Positions 12,823 through 26,184 of a stretch of DNA of 64,000 nt are shown one piece after another. The DNA comes from Lama glama. Lineage: Eukaryota. The translations under genes and the position numbers were made by a program. The notes beneath the pieces were generated by a model that was not told where the DNA came from, did not search any database, and saw only the letters and a program-made list of their open reading frames with translations. Within the stretch, counting starts at the first letter, position 1. Every line of letters starts with the position of its first letter. The stretch lies in assembly GCA_028534125.1 (NCBI GenBank), contig CM052817.1:11472001-11536000 (forward strand). The letters run 5' to 3'.

Positions 12823-15800
12823 TGTACTACTAATGCAGCTGCTTGGTGGTAGTGCTCAAGGATGACAAAAAAGGCTACAGAACAGAGGTGCAGGTTATGC
12901 TGGGCTTTTCCTAAGCCACATTATGAATTTATAGACTTTATCCTAAGGTTAGTGGGGAACCAATGAACAATTTTACAAAGAGAGTAACATGATCACATTT
13001 GAGCTTAGGAAAATTATCCAAAGATGTAAAACTTAAAAAAAGATGTCAATAAGAAAGAGGCTGTCAACAAATCTTGCAGAGAGGTCCAGTACAAAGAAAG
13101 AATGAAAGCACTGATTTGAAAATCAGTAAGATGTAACAACTTTTGAGAGAATAGCCTATAACTTTCTAAAGTTTACACAGCTAATAAGCGACACCTAGAA
13201 TAAAAGGGACTCCAAATTCATAATTTACTGCAAAAAAAATCTTAATTAAATATAATTGTGACTTTAAGCACACAAATAGCGACAGGAATTCTCCTCAACT
13301 GTTCATTAAAATTAAACTAAAAATACTTCAAAAAAAGACTCTTGGAATCATCACAATTATTATTACTGACAAATTATACACATATGTGTGTATGTATATA
13401 CATCTAGATATCTGTATATACATCTATGTCTCTACAGATCTCTATCTATCCATATCTCCTAAAATTCAGATTTTCCAAGCCATAAATTAATTTGATGTGG
13501 ATCTGAATAAAGATCCAAGACCAAACTGTAAGTACCAAATTATTATGAGTGCTAACAAATATTATAACACTAATGTGAAAACATTTTTAGTAAGTTATTT
13601 TTATTTTACCAACAATCAAATGCAATGAATGCTCTGAGACATTTTGACACATTAGCTATATTACTGGTAATTCAATGGCTCTACAAGATTAAAAACAATG
13701 TACTGCTCTTCAACATATGCAACAAATCTATTAATAAGCAGTACCTTCTTTGATTTGTTTGACGAACATAAAATGTCAGATAGATCTGGATACAAGCAGC
13801 AATGGTTTCTTATTCGTTTTACAGCCATTCAAAAGGCAGAACAATAAAGATGGAATGAGGGGAGAGGAGAGGAATAGTAGGAGAGTGAGCTTCTAGGGTC
13901 TAGAACTCATTTTCTTTTTGGCTCAAATCAAACCACATACAACCAGAAAAAGTTTATATTAAGCCTAAAAGCAAGCAGTAAGATATTATAAATGTCACAA
14001 TATTTTTCATAACTCTGGCATAAACCCACAACTATCACAACAAAATATGTATTTATGTTAGAACTTGGAATGGCTTGATTACTGCATTCAGACAACCAAC
14101 ATATAAAATGTTTTGTTCTAATACAAATTCAAATATTAAAAATTAGTCCAGAATCTGCAATACTATTATAAAAGAAGTCACAAAAATATGGAGATTCATT
14201 ATGCTTTCTCCTTCTTTATATATTTAACATTTCCCATAACAATTTTAAAAATTATGCCCAAGTCTTCAAATATTCTCCTGGAAAAGCTACTTCTGATATT
14301 TCCCCAGAGAAAGAGTAATCAATATTTGCAGAGGATTGGTATAAAATAGAGAATTTCAATAGTAAATTTACTGAACAGAATGTGGAAAGTGGAATTCCTG
14401 TGAACCTCGCCTCTTAAAAGCAAACCAACAAAAATGTCAATTGACTCTCAATTAAGTATCAGAATAAGGACTAACTCCTGAAAAGGAAAAAAAAAAATTC
14501 ACAATCTGGCTTCAAGCCAATTTTTGTATTCTCATGGTGTTCGCCATATTGCAACTTTTGGGCAGGCTGTAATAATTTTCAAAAAAACCCAGAATATATC
14601 AGACTTCCATGTTTTTGCCTCCAGTGCAAAAGGAAGTCATCACTGGGTTGTGAATAGAGCAAAGGCTTCATCAAATTGTTGTCTGCAGCACAGAAAGTTA
14701 AACTAAAGAAGAATCAGAGCAGAACCATTAACAATCGTTACAGTGGCCCAGGCAAAAAAGTAAAGATGATTTAGACTGGAGTGGAAATGGAGGGAAAAGG
14801 ATGGATATAAGATGTATTTGGAAGTATAATAAATAATAATTGGTGAAATGCGTATAGAGATAGAGAATAAGTGAAAGAGGACTTCCAGGTGTTTGACTTG
14901 AGAAATTACATATAATGGGATGAAGAAAACTAGAGCAACAGATTTGGTATTTGGCAGAGGGAGATCAAGAATTCAGTTTTAGATATGTTATGTTTAGGAT
15001 ATGTGTTAAGACATACAAGTGAAGAGAGATCAAGTAAATCAAATAATGAGATAGGCTAGCAACTGGGAGGAGATAGAAAAAATGAAGGTCAGAGAAATGT
15101 TCAGGGTTTTGTTTGAAGAAGTAATCATTATATGCTTTGGAGATCTATAACCTACAATGAACCATATTCATTTATTCTACCAACTTCAACACAATTTGTG
15201 AAAAATGACTTGAAGAAGTCTGTCTAAATTACTTATTATTTATTATAAAATTATTCCATATCAAACAAAAAATACAGTCTGTCTAGACTATATTTTCCTG
15301 ACAGATAATAAGGGATAAAATTTTGGGTTAAAAAATAAAACCACACACACAATAATAATCAGCTCCAAAGCCACTACTGTACCTTCCAATGTTAAGAGTA
15401 CAAGAATGCAGGGGTGTCACCTCATACCTGCAGAAGTAAGAGCCTTTGAGCTATGAAAGCTCAGAATTTATACTCTGCTATGTTCCATTGTATGAATGGT
15501 TTCCTTAGAGGTCCTGCTGTACATACCCTTGCCACAACTGGCTTAAGGAAAATTAGCAAACCCTGATGTGTTGATCCCAGATATTGAGAAGCCTATATAC
15601 TGACTCTACTTCCTCAAATATAAAACTGCTCTGTGTCCCACACTGGAGAGTGGTCCCAGAATCCAATTAGGCCTCTTAAACAGAAGTCTGGAAATGATTC
15701 TCTATTCTTCTTTCTTTTTCTGTATGCCCATAGCTCATCAATGACTAAAACCTGTTGACTGTAATGCCTCATATCTTTTTAATTCTTTCCCTCCCTCTCT

Positions 15801-17349
15801 TTCACCCACTACTCTTATTTCAGACCCTCATTATTTCTTGGTTGGCCTATCTTGACATTCACCTGATTGATTTTCCTGTCCTATTCTCCTATTACTCTCC
15901 TGGCAGCGTAATCTTAAAAAAAATCACAAATTAAGACTACGTCACTCCTAGGCTTGAAAACCAATCCTTCAATGGTTTTCCATTACCTATAAGTTACTTA
16001 ATTTCCTTATGTGTAAAGCAAGGATGATGAAAATAGTTCCTACTTATGTGACTGTTGTGAAAATCGAATGGATTCTAGTGTAGGAGTTTAATGTCTAATC
16101 CACAGTAAACTAAAATAATTTAAAATAAAATAATTACTATTATATCCTGCTTCAGAGTTTCTCTATGATTCAGCTTCTATTGCTCTTTTCTCTTCTCATG
16201 TCCCATAACCATCCTTGACCATTCCTGTACCCACACAAAGAAACCTGATCACTCTCCTCCTCTATATCACAATAGTGTATACGCTTCTATTATATCATTT
16301 ATCATACTTTATAGTAGGAGAGGTCTGTCTTCACTACAAGACTGTTCTTCACAAAGACAATCTAATGCATCCAAATCCCCTAGCACAATGCCTGGCCCAT
16401 AAATAATTACTGAAAAAATTATGAGGAGAAAAGAGATGCATGAAAGGATTACAGCAGATGGCCATGCTTCCTTCAACACTGAAAATTCAATTATTCTTGA
16501 TAAAAAATAAAAGAACAATTTTAGAATAGGTCTAAAGAATGAGAGGGTCAGCAAAAATTCAGTCTGTGATGGAGATAAAAAGATCTGTGGGTTCAGACTG
16601 AGGAGAAGAATGAAGATAGTGAGGTTAGATAAGTAAGCCAATGTGTAGTTGCAGGGAAATTTTCCCATTCATAAGCACTACCTATGCTAGAACAGAAATA
16701 CTTAAAGGTCAAGAAGCGAGGCAAAGGAGAAAAATAGTACTGATTAGGCTGAATATTGGTGTGTTACAAAAAACAAACACGTATTTTACCAGGGCACTAC
16801 TTTCCTATACTCTAAATGGGTATGGGGAGCACAGGCAAAGATAATTAAAATGAAACAAATTGTCATCAGCTATTTTCTATTTGATCATTTGCCATTCTCA
16901 GGAAAAGTTCAAAAGAAATCGAAAGGGGATGGTTATCATTTCTGGAATTGGGATAGAGGATTAACTTTATATCCAGACTAAAACTTAACATTAGTAATCT
17001 ATGCTGGGGAAAATCCTTGCTCCACTAACTCCATGTTCTTATCGCCCTCCATTCCCAATTTTACAGCCAAGAAATTGCGGGGTATTATTCCCTGATTAAT
17101 CCATCTCAAGGGAACCCTTAACTCTAATATATGTGCATTCAAATACAGAAGTCTTTGGGTCTCTCTTATTCCAGGGCCAGGAACAAAAGGCCAAGGAAGT
17201 CTAAACCCAGAATACTTTTCCCTAGTCCCAAAATTCAAAGTTCTAAAATAAAACAGGACAGCTCTGGTACTGAACTTTTAAATGCAACTATCTGACCACG
17301 AAGCAGGAAGGATCAGACTTGCTCATTTTTGAACTAGGTTTGACCAAAA

Positions 17350-17567
17350 GAGTAATATTGACTTAGATGTGAATTCTATCTTCATATTTCCTAGATGGGA
17401 AGTCTTGGGCAAGTCAGCTTCTCTAAGCCTTGGTTTTCTCATCTGTAAAATGAAGATAAAAATTGTACTATTTCACATGTGAAAATTAAATGTGATTAAA
17501 ACACATAAAAGCTTACCACAGTGTCTGACACATGGTAAGCACTCAAAAGATATTAGCTGTCATTATT
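17350..17567 (+). mobile_element. MIR
   Basis: MIR core cttgggcaagtca...ctctaagccttggttttctcatctgtaaaatg and 3' end cacatggtaagcactcaa. Confidence 0.8.
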
Positions 17568-17849
17568 TCAAAGGGCAATTCTTAGTGTTGAAAAGTCTGC
17601 AAGACAATTTATATAGCATCAACTATGAAAAGGGCTGAAAGTGATTAATTCAAGACAATGTAATATTAAGATTAATGACACTGCTTTTAAAAATTTATTT
17701 TTACTTCATAACAATCTTAAATTTACATATGGTAAGAACTTTTACTCTTCCAACTATTTGAGAGTAAACGGCCTACATGATATCCCATCACCCTTTAATT
17801 CTTTAAGAAGTATTTTCTATAAGGCATTCTCTTATAAATACAACCATTA

Positions 17850-18800
17850 AAATCAGGAAATTAACAATGATACATTATGCTCATTGCTATTGGGGTGTCA
17901 CTGCTCCTAGGCCCCTTCTCAGTGCACAGTATAGGGCATATGTGTATATTTTTATATTCTACATCTATGTATAATTAAAACCATGAGTTCATACCAATAC
18001 CTCTTTTCCAATCCAACACTACAGAGAGCATTCTAATTTTTTCCATTTCCATACTGGAAACTGTCTTCTCAGTGAAAGGCCAGACTCCCATTGTCCTTAA
18101 TGTTTACTTATTTGACCAGTTTTCCTGTATTTACTAATCTCTTATTGTGGCTGCTTCCCTGTCCCCCATGGATGCTCTCCTTATCCCTCACTGCCCCAAT
18201 ATCCCCACATCTCCCAGGGTATAACCTCCCCACCTTGCTCAGGCCCCTATTCCTTGTGCCTGGTACTCCTCCTACAAGAATATCCTCCTCATCCTGCTTA
18301 GGCACTAACATCCCATATATCGAGCTCACCCTCCACTGGGATGCTTTCCTCCCCCATCCCTCAGGCTCTGACCTTGCACTGGGATGCTTCCATGCATGGA
18401 ACCCCACCTCAACCAACCCAAGGCTCAATACACCCGAATCAGGCTACTCTTCTACAAGGATGACTTTTCACTGCCCCACCCCTCCCCTACTCCCCACCCA
18501 AGGAGGTGTCCTCATCATCCTCTTATCCTGTACCAAGTTATCCTCCTTCAACGATACCACACTGACCCTGCCTGGGCTCAAACACCTTATCCTAGTGTGC
18601 CCTCCTATGCAGATTACTCCTCACGCCTCCAGCTCCATCAACTCACACAGCAACCCTCCTCACCTCTTCCAGGTTCTGACATCCCACTCCTTCAAGAGGA
18701 CATGGCTCCTCCTCCCATATATCCCATTCAGTGTGGATACTTACTTTTGTTTGGCTCCACCTGATGGTTTTAGTACTAAAACGTCCAGAAAGGGAAGAGG
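17850..18800 (-). mobile_element. Old L1MC-like 3' UTR with a degenerate C-rich tandem array (about 18160-18720)
   Basis: aaaaccatgagttcataccaatacctc...aatccaacactaca is L1MC-like; recurring units like cctcctcaccctgct(c/t)aggctctgacatccc about every 55-60 bp. Confidence 0.6.
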
Positions 18801-20027
18801 AAGAGGACAAAAAAAAAAAAAAAAAAACAACTGATGACATTAAAAAAGAAAGGATACCAGTGAATAAACTGCATAAGCACCCATAATCAGAGTTAATTAA
18901 AAGGATAATCTATTTGTCAAAGTATCTGCTTTTTCCACTTAAAGAAACAGTACTCTCCTCTTTTAACTAATTCCTTCTAAACTTGAAAAAATCAATTGAA
19001 AATTGATGAAGGAAGTCTTCTCTCTTTTCTAGTCAAATAAATTATCTTACATGGGCCTACAGAAAATTCAGTTCATTAAAAAAAAAACCCTATTTTGATT
19101 GTTTAAAAAAATGGGTGTTTCAAACACTAGAATTAAATATTTTTTAAAACATCCAGAATAGATAAGTTTCACTTGTTTTCAGTATAATGACAGTTGTACT
19201 GCTTCCAGTACACTTATGCCCAGATACAACTCTGCAAAAATTAGCACTGATTGTTAGAGGAGTAACACCTTTTCCTTGCTTACTGTTTCTATAAAGAAGG
19301 ATGCATTATAAACACCATCTGAGCCTCTCTTCACCCCTAGGGAACTGAAGTGACTGATATGATTGGTGATTTTGTAAAGAATAACTGAGTACATCTTTGG
19401 GAGTGAGCTACCTGCAGAGAGCTCATATTCTGCTCAGCCTCCTTAGTATGCCTAGAACTGGGTGAAAAAATTGGCCTATGCCAGACCACCTGACTCTCTC
19501 ACCAAGTTATTTCTCTAAGTTGGACTTTATTAGTAACAAAAGTGATATCCTGCTTTGATCTTTCTCTTTGTTTTAATTTTCAAATTGTTCAGCACCCAGG
19601 CAAAAAAGAAGGGTGCAATCTGAGAGTACTTCAGCAATCCAATATCTTAATTAATATACTGAAGTGGAGACTGCTCATTTTCCCAGTTTTGACTTAAAAG
19701 GGCTGCTTCAATTTGAGCTTCTTAAACTATTGCAAACAAAAACCCCCTCAAACCTGAACCAACAGCAGATGTTCAAAATGAAAATAAGCTGACTTATCTG
19801 ATCATGCTTATTAGTCACCAAAAAACAAACTTCAAAGGCTCATAATTCCCTCCTCATAGATGCCATAATTTATATTTTCAGTCCCACTTCCTACCTCCAC
19901 CCTATACTCCAATGACACTGGAGTGCTGAATATTTTCAGAATACATATGATTTAGACTTCTATACCTTTGCTTATACTATCCCTCAGCCCACTCCTTCCA
20001 CCCTACTTTCCTGTGGATCATTTAACT

Positions 20028-20230
20028 TAGAGATCAGCACTATGGCCTGTAGGCCAAATCTGCCTATTTTTGTAAATAATTTTTTACTGGAATACAGCCA
20101 CGCGCTTTCATTTATACACTGCCTCTGCACTGCAACAGCAGAGTGGAGGAGCTGCAATAGAGACCATATGGCCTACTAAGCCTAAAATATTTTCATCCAG
20201 CCCTTTACAAAAAAAGTTTGCCAATTCCTG
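20028..20230. mobile_element. MER58A-like hAT-Charlie element
   Basis: actatggcctgtaggccaaatc...agagaccatatggcc...aaaatattt...ccctttacaaaaaaagtttgccaattcctg. Confidence 0.85.
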
Positions 20231-21149
20231 CTTTCACTCAATCCTTTGAAGCCTAGTCACTTCAGATCCTTCAAATCAAAACTAATTGCTCTCTCCCATG
20301 TCTTTCCATTATATTATGCCAACTCTAATACTTAACATCCTTGATTATTGCGAGCTCTTTAAAAGCAAAGCCTAAATCCTGTTCCTAGTGTAGGAATTAG
20401 CTTTTTTACCAAACTCCAGTTCCCACCTCTTCTAATACTTCTCATATTCTTGGGGGAAGTATCCTGGAAGAAGCTTGTGCCCTTTTCTCTACCCCTTATT
20501 CATCCTACCAAAGGAAAGAGGAATGACTAGTACTAGCAACATCCTGAGTTGTTCCTATGGGATAGATTAATGTTTTAAAGGTCATTTTTGATACATGTCC
20601 AAGCCTACTGCTCATGCTGCCTAGATGGTCATATCTACCAATAAGCCAACCACATGGGGTGGAGTGTCCTTGAATTTTAGAAGAGACCTACAGCTCCAGT
20701 TGTTCTGTCTTTGGTAGGTTGATAAGTTCAGTTCAGGGTGATATTGTTTAATCTGCCATTAGTTACAAGCCAGGTTCTTTAATACAACATTACTGTCTAA
20801 AAAGCTAGTATTTTGATCTGTGATTCCTAAGTCCATTTCTAGCTCAGAACCTAGTTAAGGAATAAATATACAATTACACTGTAATTAACCAACACACAGT
20901 AGGACTCGAGATATTTGATGACTGACAATAGTAAATTCATTGGAAAAAATCATTCTTTTAAAATGTGTAACGCACTAATAAATGCCACACATATTCTATC
21001 TTAGTGATGAACTTAATTAGGAAAATATGTTTTGAAGGAAGAAAGTAACAAATTTAGAGTTCACATTCACTGATTTAAGCCAAGCCCATCCTATTTATCT
21101 AACTTCTCTCTCAATATTTTGTTGCTATCAAGCCTCAGCTTAAACAACA

Positions 21150-21785
21150 TATAAGTAACCATGAATATTATCAGTTCAAAAAAGTATTCCCCATCTTACT
21201 GGCCATCTATAAAACAAACATCCCTAGACCTCAGATCCTTCCAATTACTGCTCTATTTGTTTTTCCTCAGAATGTAACTTCTCAAATGTGTAGTCTGCTA
21301 CAAATATTTCCTCCACTTACACACATCTTAATTACTTTTAAATCTATTATAACATAGTTTCCATCCCCATCACCCTGCTGAAATTTATCTAGTCTAAGTC
21401 ACCAAGAACCTCCATGTTGCCAAAAACAACGTACGCTTCCCTATTTAATGGTACTTGACATTTCATCAACATGTAACAATCCCTCCTTATAGTAACACTC
21501 TTCTCTCTTAGATTTGGTCATACCACCTCTCCCAGTTTTCCTACTTAGTCAACGGCTTTACTTTTCAGTGTAGAAGTCAAATGGTCTTACTTTGAGGCTT
21601 CTCTTCCTCCATCCAAAGGTTAATTAAGGTTCCTTAAGCCATGGTACTGAGTATTCCACTCCTCTGCAGTTATACTATGAGTTAATCTATACTGTATACT
21701 ATGTTAGGTGATCTCATCCATTTCCACGGATTTAAATATCATCTTTATACTAATACTTCCTTAATCTATATCTTTAGTCCAGAAA
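21150..21785. mobile_element. L2 fragment
   Basis: aagtcaccaagaacctccatgttgccaaa and gtgatctcatccatttccacggatttaaatatcatct are typical L2 motifs. Confidence 0.65.
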
Positions 21786-24454
21786 CCACTACCATGTAAG
21801 TATTACAGAGCCTTTCATTAAAAAGAAAAAAATAGCGAACATTTAAGGACAGATATTAACCTAGTTTCACAGACTCCCATCTGTGAAAAGTGAAATGACT
21901 TGTGCCTAATGTTAGGATGGTAGAGGCCAAAATGGAACTGTGTTCTTTCAATTCTTAGTCTTTTTACCATGTGTCAAGACTTAGTCCCTTATCCCTAAAC
22001 TGTTTACTAAATGGTTTACTATTCAAATATGAAGACTACTGGATAAAGTTATTTTCCTCCATACACAATTTACACATATCCATCAGAAAAGAATTGGCCA
22101 AAACGAATTAACAGAGAAAGATCTCAACCTTGTTCTTCTATAAATACTTTAGAAAAGACTCTAGGGTACAGGTGGATTTTAAAGGTGACTGAGGATTCAG
22201 GGTAGCTGTTATGATTAATAAGATACTCTAGATTTGGGGCAATGCGTACAAAACAGAAGTAAAAGCAGGTGAAAATAGTTTCTAAAGAAGAAACTAGGCA
22301 AATAGGGAAAAATAAGCCTGGTAGACTACGGTTAACTAACTGAATATGGTTAGGAGCTTTTATTTGATGAAAACTGCAAAATCAAAGGAGCTATTTCAAA
22401 TAATGATTAAACACAGATTATAAGCTAGACTGAAGGACAGTAAAATTAGCAATGCAGATACTGATATAAACTAGAATTTTAACCTGAATCTGCCCAAGTG
22501 CTTACTACTCCATCAGAAAAACTGAATCCGAGAGATACTGTGAAGAAAGCAGTAATAACCTGGCAACAGATTAAGGTAAAGAAAAAAGAAAAAAGAAGAA
22601 GCAAAGTAAGCAGGATAGGGTTGTTGCTAATTAATGCAAAAACTACATGAAACGAAAGGAGATGAGATACAGAAAAGTGATTCTTCATTGTAAGTTATTT
22701 TCTAGAAAACACAAAAATTCTTAAAACAAATTTTTATTTAGCTTTAATTAAGAGCAAAGTGCCATTTTTCAAATACAAATATGGCATTGTTACCTTAATT
22801 AGTTTCATAATGGTAGTAGTAGGTTGGTCTGGGCCTATTTACATTCTTGTATCTATATTCTGTGCTGAATAAAATTTCTGACATTATTACTCAATAATAG
22901 ATTCAGCCCCTATGCATGCACTCTAATAAAATTAAATGAGTCCCCCAAATGAATGTGGTGCTCTAACCAAATTTTATCTCTCACCCATGAATGCTGGCCA
23001 TATTACACAGACACACACACACCCACACCACAAAGAAGGAATATTACCAAAACAGAAAAATACATAGTGTCACACCCCAGTAATATATGATACCATAATT
23101 GAAAAACTGGATTTACTAATAAGGAAGAAAAAACTGCATGCATATCCAAAAATCTACATGCTTTTGTTGCTCCTCCCAAGACTGTGCAGTGGTATAAGAA
23201 TAAAAGATCCAGGGTTGAAAGACAAGTCGGGAACATTATAGCAACTTATCATAGTACACAGCCAAGCAGGGAGGGGTACACGCGTATAGCCAGCAAAGGG
23301 AAGTAGCATGGACAGGAAGAGACAGCACCATACAGAAAGGAAGCTACAAGTGATATGCTCAGACTAGCCTACAGCCTGTTTCTAACATCTGCAAATACAC
23401 AAAATTCATACACTGCTTGGTCCCAAGGATGGCAGAACTTCCAAGTATACAATAATCCAAAAGTACACAGAATTTCAAATTTTACATGCAGAATTCCAAT
23501 ATGCCTATTTTACAGAGAAGTTTGGTTATATGTCTTAGCTGCTCAACTATAAAAGATCATCACAGAACCCATTTGCCTGATGCATATTATTAGATAGTAC
23601 TATTATTTACACCTTTTTAAATGGATAAAAAATTTGTTAGTGTTCGAAAACAATGGATGTTCAACCAAATATCTGGGGTAGTTGACCTGTAGTTGACTCA
23701 TCCATCACAGTTTTCATCAAATCCAGATTTCTAAGCAAATCTACTCTTCTAGGGTCTACACGGCAATAGTGACAAGATGAGGTGGAAGTTAGTGGGGGAA
23801 ATAAAGAGGGTAGGAGGCAAGCAGCATCCAGAAAGAAGGGTCAAGTTGATCATCTAGAACTTTATTTACCTGAACTACCCCAACTTCAAGTGTTACAGCT
23901 CTATGAAGAGCTCCCATAACTTCTTCAGAGGTTAAAAAGAGAGGAAGAGAATACCCTCTGATACTGATAATGCTGATGATAAATGCAGCAGGTAGCTGGA
24001 AGAAAGTCCACTCTAAATCCTTGCAGAATGCAGAGCTCTAAGACAGTGATTTGTCAGGAAGAGGGCAGAATAGGTACCAACAAAAAGCAGCTTTAGGATG
24101 ATCTAGTATGATACAGATTTTGTTAATGATTTTAAATTAATTTCTTGTATTCAGGTACTACTAAGCCAAAACATTCCTAAAATACAGAATGGCATCAAAT
24201 GTCTTTTGTTCTCCTCATATGTTAAAAAAGCCAAGATTAGGCTAAGTGATTATACTTGATTCTTAAGCTCTATGACCCTGTGGCTCAAGAATATCCTAAA
24301 ATATAGATCTTTCCAGCCCTTACCATCTTTTCCTCTAATATGCCTCATGATCTTTTCATTGTTCAAAAGCATTCCCACCAGAAAAAGACTGTATTGGCAA
24401 AAAAAAAAAAAAAAAAAAAAAAGCTTAAAGCTGCTAACAACCTGCGTCAAACAA

Positions 24455-24700
24455 TCATAATAACAATAGCTAACATTTGGAATGCTTTCTATATGGCAGA
24501 CACATGTTAACAAACATCAACACAATTTTCAGTCTCATTATCTTCAATTTACAGAAAAGAAACTGAAGTACAGAGAGGATAAGTAATGTGTCCACACCGG
24601 TCGGCAGTAACAGCTCAGATTCAAACACAGGTAGTCTAGCTCCAGAGCCTATGTTCTTTTCTTTTTTTTTTCCCCTAGAGCCTATGTTCTTATTCACTGT
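24455..24700 (-). mobile_element. MIR carrying a small TSD-flanked insertion
   Basis: aataacaatagctaacattt...tttacagaaaagaaactgaagtacagagagg...gattcaaacacagg. Confidence 0.8.
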
Positions 24701-24794
24701 ATTGTATTATTCAAATAAAAGATCTGGAGAAAGCTATAGGTTTGGTTAGTATCAACAGATTTGAAATAAGTGGTACCATCAAGAGTTGGCTGAA

Positions 24795-25743
24795 AACCCA
24801 ATCCAAAACTGAGCAGAAAACCTAAACAAGAAATTCTCCAAGGAAGAAATACAAATGATCAACAGGCACATGAAGAAAATGCTCAGCATCACTAATTATC
24901 AGAGAAATGCAAATCAAAACTACAATGAGGTATCACCTCACACCAGCTGGAATGGCCATCATTCAAAAGTCCACAAATGGCAAATGCTAGAAAGGCTGTT
25001 GGAGAAAAGGGAACCCTCCTAAACTGCTGGTGGGAATGCAGTATGGTGCAGCCACTGTGGAAAACAGTATGGAGATAACTCAAAAGACTAGGAATAGACT
25101 TATCATATGACCCAGGAATCCCCCTCCTGGGCATATATCCAGAAGGAACCCTACTTCAAAAAGACACCTGCACCCCAGTGTTCACAGCAGCACTATTTAC
25201 AATAGCCACGACATGGAAACAGCCTAAATGTCCATCAACAGGTGACTGGATAAAGAAGAGGTGGTATATTTATACAATGGAATACTATTCAGCCATAAAA
25301 AATGAAAACATAATGCCATTTGCAGCAACATGGATGTTCCTGGAGAATGTCATTCTAAGTGAAGCCAGAAAAAAGAAAGAAAAATACCATATGAGATCGC
25401 TTATATGTGGAATCCAAAAAAAAGAACATAAATACAAAACAGAAGCAGAACATAAATACATATTCATAGACATAGAATACAAACTTGTGGTTGCCGGGGG
25501 GAGGGAGGTGGGAAGGGACAGACTGGGAGTTCAAAATTTGTAGATACTGACAGGCATATGTAGAATAGATAAACAAGATTACACTGTATAGCACAGGGAA
25601 ATATATATAAGATCTTGTGGTAGCTCACAGTGAAAAAGAATGTGACAATGAATATACGTACGATAATGTATAACTGAAAAATTGTGCTCTACACTGGAAA
25701 TTGACACAACATTGTAAACTGACTATAACTCAATTAAAAAAAA
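24795..25743 (+). mobile_element. Relatively young lineage-specific L1, 5'-truncated, with poly(A) tail and TSD
   Basis: ORF2 C-terminal peptide FTAALFTIATTWKQPKCPSTGDWIKKRWYIYTMEYYSAIK; A tail; TSD aagagttggctgaa (24781-24794) vs aaaagctggctgaa (25744-25757). Confidence 0.93.
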
Positions 25744-25771
25744 AAAAGCTGGCTGAAGCCACTACACTACA

Positions 25772-26045
25772 GAACTGTGCTGTCCAATGTGGTATCTACT
25801 TGCCATGAGTCTACTAAGCACCTGAAATGTAGCTAGTCCAAACTAAGATTGCTATATGCTTAAAAAAAAATATTTCAAAGACTTAATATTTTTAAAAGAA
25901 TGTAAGCCAACTCAACAATTTTTATGGGTTAATGTTAAAATATTTTTAATATATTGGGCTAAATCAAATGTGTTTTTAAATGTGGTTACTAGTAAATTTT
26001 AAATTATATATTTGGCACCCATTATATTGTCACTGGACAACAACG
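25772..26045. mobile_element. MER33/MER3-like hAT-Charlie element
   Basis: ctgtgctgtccaatgtggta...agcacctgaaatgtagctagt...atgtggttactagtaaattttaaattata...tggaca. Confidence 0.7.
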
Positions 26046-26184
26046 GTATGTTGGAAAGACGCTGGAGTTTAATAAATAGAATCATTCTAATCAAGCCTTT
26101 TGTCATTTGACTGTTGTAACCTTAGGCAAATCAGTTACACTGATGATGAGGTTCTGTATCAGAAAAACAGAACTAAACAATAGC

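Noticed and set aside
14370..14500. Strong-looking minus-strand acceptor (T-rich tract then ccttttcAG at 14478) suggesting a cryptic exon
   Set aside because: No convincing downstream donor or LCORL-like coding sequence; such tracts are frequent in AT-rich introns.
18091..18834. 247-aa ORF on plus
   Set aside because: Non-ATG start, lies in a C-rich repeat array, ends in a poly-A run; no protein family resemblance.
24399..24422. A24 run as a possible retrocopy tail
   Set aside because: No recognisable upstream element or flanking target-site duplication.
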